From: Prevotella sp.
GTDB taxonomy: Bacteria; Bacteroidota; Bacteroidia; Bacteroidales; Bacteroidaceae
DNA length: 64,000 bases
Direction of reading: 5' to 3'
Assembly: GCA_018053665.1 (NCBI GenBank)
Contig: JAGPKZ010000004.1
Span: 1,463-65,462, forward strand
This document shows, piece by piece, positions 58,725-64,000 of this stretch. The first letter of the stretch is position 1, and each line of letters begins with the position of its first letter. The notes under the pieces are model-generated. The model ran no database searches. It saw only the letters and a program-made list of their open reading frames with translations, and was not told the DNA's origin. The translations under genes were made by a program, and so were the position numbers.

Positions 58725-60824
58725 ATGCAAATGAAACAAAAGAAAATGATACTCACATCTAAAGATGTAAAGATCATGTTCGAAACCAATTTAATAAATA
58801 TTCAGCATATAGCCATAAATAGCAAAAATGCTGATGATTTCAAAAAGCAACTATTAAAAGGTTTGGACCTTAAAGGAGATATTCCATTATCACCAGAAAA
58901 GGAAAACCTAAAAAGGCTTATTATGCATGATGGTATGACCATCAAGGAAGCATCTACCGAAAGGGAAATGAAATTGGAAACAATCACATATCTATGGAAT
59001 TTTCTCACTAACAAAGGAAATATAGAAGACTTTAGCCCAGATTTCCTTTTTGATACATATAAGCAATTTGAAGGATTAACAAGCAGTCAGTCTATATTGC
59101 CAGATAAAAGCCAAATGATAAAATGGATGAAAAGATGGGACACTGGTACTGACTCCAAAATTATTGAAATAAGAAAAGAAAATAAACAACGCATTATTAA
59201 CAGACTGATTGAGCGAATTGAAAAACATAATTATGAGAAAAGCCGATATGCTTTTCCTCCAGGAATTAGTTTTATTGAGAAACAAGAGATGATTAAAGAA
59301 TGGTGGTTTGATTATCGTTTTCATCTTTCTATGGCTGCGAGGAGCTGGAGAGAACTCAATCAATTGATGGGTAACACGCTTTCTGATGATATGAAAGCAA
59401 TTTACCAAACAGCACAGAAGAAAGGTATCCCTGTCTTTGTCACACCATACTACCTTTCCTTAATGGATGTTACCGAGAAAAATTATGATGATGCAGCTTT
59501 GCGTTCCTATGTGTTCTATTCACAGAATTTGGTAGATACATTCGGAAATATAAAGGCTTGGGAAAAGGAAGATCAAGTAGAGACTGATAAGCCTAATGCT
59601 GCAGGCTGGCTATTGCCAGAGGGGCACAATATTCATAGACGTTACCCAGAGGTAGCGATACTTATTCCTGATACAATCGGGAGAGCTTGCGGAGGCCTAT
59701 GTGCATCATGTCAGCGACTCTATGATTTCCAAAGTGGTAGATTCAACTTTGACATGGAAGCTTTGATACCTAAGCAAGCATGGGACAGCAAACTTAAACT
59801 GCTGATGAAATATTTTCTTGAGGACAAACAACTGCGCGATATTCTTATTACAGGCGGTGATGCTCTTATGAGTCGTAATAATAGCTTGAAAAAAATTCTT
59901 GATGCTGTTTACGTGATGGCTAAACAAAAGCAACATGACAATATGAAAAGACCATCAGGCGAAAAATATGCAGAGATACAACGTGTCAGACTTGGTACAC
60001 GACTGCCTGTTTATCTCCCAATGCGCATCAATGATGAACTAATTACTATACTTTCGGAGTTTAAGGAGAAAGCTGTAAAAATTGGAATTACACAATTCTT
60101 TATCCAGACTCATTTCCAAACGCCTTTAGAAATTACACTTGAGGTGCGTGATGGTATAAGAAAACTCAACGCTGCTGGATGGACAGTTACCAATCAGTTG
60201 GTTTATAACGTTGCTGCTTCAAGACGAGGACATTCTGCAAAATTAAGAAGAGAACTCAACAAAATTGGAGTTCTATGCTATTATACGTTCTCTGTAAAAG
60301 GTTTTGATGAAAACCATGCAGTGTTTACACCAAACAGCAGATCTCTACAAGAACAGCAAGAAGAAAAGATGTTTGGGCAACTCAACGCTGCAGGAGCATC
60401 GGAACTGATAGAATATCTTAATAACAATTGTTCACAAGAGAAAAGCATTAGTCAGATAGAAAAAAAATACGATTTACCATTCCTTGCTACTGACAGAAAT
60501 GTAATGAATCTTCCAGGAATTGGTAAAAGCATGACTTTCAATCTTGTGGCTATCATGCCAGATGGATGCAGAATATTAGCATTCACCCATGACAATACAC
60601 GTCGTCATAGTCCTGTAATAAAAGACATACCTATCGTGTACATAAAAGAGAATAAATCTCTTGCTGAGTACATCAGACAATTAAGTGACATGGGCGAAAA
60701 AGTCTCAGACTATTCTTCACTTTGGAAATATACTTCTGGCAAGACGGAACCACGATTTGCCTTCTACGAATATCCTAAACCTGCAGAAGAATATACAACA
60801 GAATATTCAAATATTGCTCAGTAA
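58725..60824 (+). CDS. KamA family radical SAM protein (long, lysine 2,3-aminomutase-like)
   Basis: HRRYP, CGGLCASCQR (CxxxCxxC), DILITGGD, RLGTRLPVYLPMRI, THF, NQ, PGIGK. Confidence 0.88.
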   Translation: MQMKQKKMILTSKDVKIMFETNLINIQHIAINSKNADDFKKQLLKGLDLKGDIPLSPEKENLKRLIMHDGMTIKEASTEREMKLETITYLWNFLTNKGNIEDFSPDFLFDTYKQFEGLTSSQSILPDKSQMIKWMKRWDTGTDSKIIEIRKENKQRIINRLIERIEKHNYEKSRYAFPPGISFIEKQEMIKEWWFDYRFHLSMAARSWRELNQLMGNTLSDDMKAIYQTAQKKGIPVFVTPYYLSLMDVTEKNYDDAALRSYVFYSQNLVDTFGNIKAWEKEDQVETDKPNAAGWLLPEGHNIHRRYPEVAILIPDTIGRACGGLCASCQRLYDFQSGRFNFDMEALIPKQAWDSKLKLLMKYFLEDKQLRDILITGGDALMSRNNSLKKILDAVYVMAKQKQHDNMKRPSGEKYAEIQRVRLGTRLPVYLPMRINDELITILSEFKEKAVKIGITQFFIQTHFQTPLEITLEVRDGIRKLNAAGWTVTNQLVYNVAASRRGHSAKLRRELNKIGVLCYYTFSVKGFDENHAVFTPNSRSLQEQQEEKMFGQLNAAGASELIEYLNNNCSQEKSISQIEKKYDLPFLATDRNVMNLPGIGKSMTFNLVAIMPDGCRILAFTHDNTRRHSPVIKDIPIVYIKENKSLAEYIRQLSDMGEKVSDYSSLWKYTSGKTEPRFAFYEYPKPAEEYTTEYSNIAQ

Positions 60825-60831
60825 TCACACG

Positions 60832-60922
60832 AGCAGAACCTAAAGACATTCTTTAGGTTTGCTACTTCATAGACAAGAGGGGAAAGATTTCAACGAAATA
60901 AAGTATTGAATTTTTCCCCTCT
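60832..60922. terminator. Two adjacent hairpins after the KamA-like gene
   Basis: AGCAGAACCTAAAGA/TCTTTAGGTTTGCT and AGAGGGGAAA/TTTCCCCTCT. Confidence 0.55.
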
Positions 60923-60951
60923 AACTATCAACTACTATAAAATTATTTTAT

Positions 60952-60959
60952 TATCTTTG
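60952..60959 (+). promoter_or_regulatory. -7 promoter box (TATCTTTG) for the DUF389 gene
   Basis: Matches TAnnTTTG. Confidence 0.55.
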
Positions 60960-60986
60960 CCATAGACACACAAAAGACTATAAAAA

Positions 60987-62336
60987 ATGAAGCAGACAGA
61001 AATATCCTTTACTGGTTTGTTGAAAAAGTATTTCAACATTAATGCCGACAAAAAAGACGAACAGTCAACCATCAAGAATGTAGAAAACTCCATAAGCTTC
61101 AGTGGTGCACAGTTATGGATACTAATTTTTGCAATCTTCATCGCCTGCCTAGGTCTTAATGTCAATTCCACAGCAGTCATCATCGGTGCCATGCTCATCT
61201 CTCCGCTCATGGGTCCAATCATCGGAATGGGACTTGCAGTAGGATTGAGCAATATAGAACTATTAAAGCGATCGGCAACCAACTACATAGTATCAACAGT
61301 TATCAGTGTTCTCACGGCCACGCTATATTTCTCCATCACTCCCCTGCACGAGGCACAATCAGAATTACTTGCCAGAACGTCCCCCACACTCTACGATGTC
61401 TTGATAGCTCTGTTAGGTGGTGCAGCAGGATTCATAGCGCTATCCACCAAGGGAAAAGGCAATGTCATTCCTGGTGTTGCCATTGCAACAGCCTTGATGC
61501 CACCACTTTGCACAGCAGGATATGGACTAGCAGTAGGCAGTCTTTCTTACTTCTTTGGCGCTTTCTATCTCTTTTTCATCAACACTGTATTTATCTGTCT
61601 CGCCACATTCGTTGGAACAAGATTAATGAAATTCAAACATGCAGCCGTTGTTGATACAGACAAGATGGCGAAAGTCAAGAGATACATCATTGTAGTAGCT
61701 ATATTAACAATGCTTCCTGCCGCATATATGACAATGTTGATCATCAAAGATAGCATTACAAAAAACGACCTCAGAAACTTTGTCAACACAGAACTTGCTT
61801 TTAAGGGAACACAAATATTGTCTCAGGACATCAAAGAGGGTGATAAGGTGATAGATATTGTCGCTTTAGGAAAAATCATCCCAAGCAATGTCATCAAGAA
61901 GGCAGCCAGTAGGCTAGCCGAATATCAACTGTCTGGCTACAAGTTGAATGTCATTCAAGGAGAGCAATCAGACAGTCTATTAATGATAAATAAGCAACTC
62001 AGCAATGTTGCCGTATCAAATTCAGCAAGCAATCAGAAGATTATCGAGCAATCCAACCAAATACATGAACTAGAAAATCAACTCAACAAGTATAAACAAT
62101 ACGAATCTGTAGCGCATGACATGACCGGAGAATTAAAAGTTCTATTCCCTTCTGTTGTTAAAATCAGCATTTCCAACATTAAAGAAGTTAGAACTGATTC
62201 AGCAAAACAAATAAGATATGTCATGGCTGTTGTGAATAGTCGTTCAAAATTTAATGAAGTCAACAGGCAAAGATTTCAACTATGGTTAAAGGAACGCACA
62301 AAGGCCGATAGTCTAAGGTTGATTATCACGCCATAA
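60987..62336 (+). CDS. DUF389 family membrane protein
   Basis: NSTAVIIGAMLISPLMGPI, PGVAIATALMPPLC. Confidence 0.92.
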   Translation: MKQTEISFTGLLKKYFNINADKKDEQSTIKNVENSISFSGAQLWILIFAIFIACLGLNVNSTAVIIGAMLISPLMGPIIGMGLAVGLSNIELLKRSATNYIVSTVISVLTATLYFSITPLHEAQSELLARTSPTLYDVLIALLGGAAGFIALSTKGKGNVIPGVAIATALMPPLCTAGYGLAVGSLSYFFGAFYLFFINTVFICLATFVGTRLMKFKHAAVVDTDKMAKVKRYIIVVAILTMLPAAYMTMLIIKDSITKNDLRNFVNTELAFKGTQILSQDIKEGDKVIDIVALGKIIPSNVIKKAASRLAEYQLSGYKLNVIQGEQSDSLLMINKQLSNVAVSNSASNQKIIEQSNQIHELENQLNKYKQYESVAHDMTGELKVLFPSVVKISISNIKEVRTDSAKQIRYVMAVVNSRSKFNEVNRQRFQLWLKERTKADSLRLIITP

Positions 62337-62466
62337 CAATGATTCTATTTCGTTTGTACAATCAGTAATGATCAATGCAAACGCTTATCTATAGCTAGCA
62401 GGAGACGAACTTCTGTCTCCTGCATAGCAATATAACGCAAGATAGATTATACTTAAATATAGCATT

Positions 62467-63285
62467 ATGAAACAGACGATTTTAATAACCGGGGCATCTT
62501 CTGGTATTGGATTATCTATAGCCAACAGACTCCATGAAAGCGGTTACAACGTTATTGGTACTAGCCGTAACCCTGAGAAGTATCAATCAAAGATACAATT
62601 CAAGTTGCTAGCTCTTGACATTACAGATAGCAGTTCTATCAAATCGTTCGCAAAAGAACTCTTCAGTCAGATAGAAACGCTTGACGTTGTCATAAACAAT
62701 GCAGGCTATATGCTCACCGGACTTGTTGAAGAAACATCTATTGAGCTAGGCAGACAACAGTTTGAAACTAATTTCTGGGGAACCATTAGTCTTACCAACG
62801 AATTATTACCTTACCTCAGAAAACAACAACATGGAAAGATCATCACTACAGGCTCTTTTTTCGGTCTAGTCGGACATCCGAGTGTAGCCTATTACGCAGC
62901 TTCAAAACATGCTTTGGAAGGTTATTTTAAATCCTTAAGATTTGAGTTGAGTCAATTCAATATCAAGGTAAGCGTGATTGAGCCAATGTATACCAAGTCA
63001 AATATTGAAAGTAACGGCGTTGTTGGTGATGGAAGAATTGCAGAATACGATATGCTAAGGCAAAACATCAGTTCCATCTACAACAGAGAATTTTCAAGAG
63101 CCCCCGAACCTACAAAAGTGATAAAGGCTGTAATGAGAATTGTTAATAAAGCGAATCCAACATTCAACTACCCTGTTGGCAAAGGCACATCGCTGATTCT
63201 TGTCTTGCAGCGTTTTGCTTACAATACGTTTGAAAGTGTTGTTTTAAAGATTATAAATTCCATAAAGACACCCCAAGCTAAATAA
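62467..63285 (+). CDS. Short-chain dehydrogenase/reductase
   Basis: TGASSGIG, NNAG, YAASK catalytic motif. Confidence 0.93.
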   Translation: MKQTILITGASSGIGLSIANRLHESGYNVIGTSRNPEKYQSKIQFKLLALDITDSSSIKSFAKELFSQIETLDVVINNAGYMLTGLVEETSIELGRQQFETNFWGTISLTNELLPYLRKQQHGKIITTGSFFGLVGHPSVAYYAASKHALEGYFKSLRFELSQFNIKVSVIEPMYTKSNIESNGVVGDGRIAEYDMLRQNISSIYNREFSRAPEPTKVIKAVMRIVNKANPTFNYPVGKGTSLILVLQRFAYNTFESVVLKIINSIKTPQAK

Positions 63286-63346
63286 CCAAAGCGGGCACAA
63301 ATGAATGGAGCTTACAGCAAATGAAAGCTCAAGTAAGATGATAGCG

Positions 63347-64000
63347 TCAAATAGTAGCACCAACTTTTATAAATATGGAATGGTTTAATTTTTTGGATGG
63401 ATAAACACTATTGAAGCTTGTCCCTTCTACACTCATTGATCTGCAAGAGGAATAGATATCTAAATTTGATATACCATAACCAACGGCAATAAAAATATCA
63501 TCAGAACTGAACCTTAGCATGGTTCTTAAATCCCAGAAGTACCAATCCGAGGCATGTGCAGACCTTCCTTTTTCATACGATACCGAAGTGTTTCTATCAA
63601 TATAATCTACATCTACAAAAGTATAAGGAATCTGTATCATAACGCCCGGCTCTGCTTGAAGTCCCATATCCCAAGACCCAAAATGTATCAATGCAGGAGT
63701 TTTGAACGACAAAGTTGGTTCAATATATAATTTTTCCATTTTATTGTCTTTTTCATTCAAGTTCCAAGAACTCCACTTCCCAGATTCAATATCCCCATGT
63801 GGTAAGTAATCATTATGCCATTGTTTGTAGATACCAAATGCAGCGCCATAACCTACATATTTATTAATATAATGGATATATGATAATCTCATATCACATG
63901 CACAACCCGTCATTAATCCTCCACTTACCGAAAGTTCATTACTTATGTTGTCTTGCGCACGGATATTTAATGACATCACAGCCAATACAATAATTATTAT
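63347..64000 (-). CDS. Hypothetical outer-membrane beta-barrel-like protein (5' end outside window)
   Basis: Frame is open to the window edge (IIIIVLAVMSLNIRAQD signal-like); alternating beta pattern and terminal HSIFIKVGATI. Confidence 0.65.
   Translation of the reverse strand: MIIIVLAVMSLNIRAQDNISNELSVSGGLMTGCACDMRLSYIHYINKYVGYGAAFGIYKQWHNDYLPHGDIESGKWSSWNLNEKDNKMEKLYIEPTLSFKTPALIHFGSWDMGLQAEPGVMIQIPYTFVDVDYIDRNTSVSYEKGRSAHASDWYFWDLRTMLRFSSDDIFIAVGYGISNLDIYSSCRSMSVEGTSFNSVYPSKKLNHSIFIKVGATI

Noticed and set aside
1-64000. Many 60-200 aa ORFs antisense to or nested in housekeeping genes; rRNA, tRNA, prophage, integrase or defence genes
   Set aside because: The short ORFs are shadows of well-supported genes. 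I recognised no RNA genes or mobility/defence proteins by eye; an Infernal or tRNAscan run would be needed to exclude small RNAs.

Overview
AT-rich Bacteroidota chromosome segment. Gene content and TAnnTTTG promoters point to Prevotellaceae (Prevotella/Xylanibacter-like; inference). It is mostly housekeeping: valS (3' part), a C11 peptidase, the thrA-(iPGM-like)-thrC operon, uvrA, an Omp85/TamA-like gene, a TrmH methylase, hisB, rplU-rpmA, dnaN-exonuclease-coaBC-porD-recN, the ileS-dksA-lspA...nadC-C69 dipeptidase operon, ugd/rfbC, purU-hisHAF(IE)-ftsE-lysC-lysA and class III fbp. A more variable tail (56.6-64 kb) carries a TonB-domain fusion, a SAM methyltransferase, a long KamA-like radical SAM enzyme, DUF389, an SDR and an outer-membrane protein. 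I found no rRNA, tRNA, CRISPR array, integrase or transposase. The most unusual sequence is non-coding. Two ORF-less islands (16.3-17.2 kb and 40.0-40.66 kb) share one architecture: outward-facing modules of helically phased 7-8 bp repeats around a ~25 bp imperfect palindromic core, plus an internal doublet of the 21-bp palindrome AGTGATTAGG(C/G)CCTAATCACT with an exact 44-bp period at both loci. Also noted: a Thr/Ile-rich leader peptide before thrA, a GT2 gene lacking a canonical start codon, three probable leaderless genes, an attenuator-like leader before the methyltransferase, and an IleRS2 with the GIHH motif.
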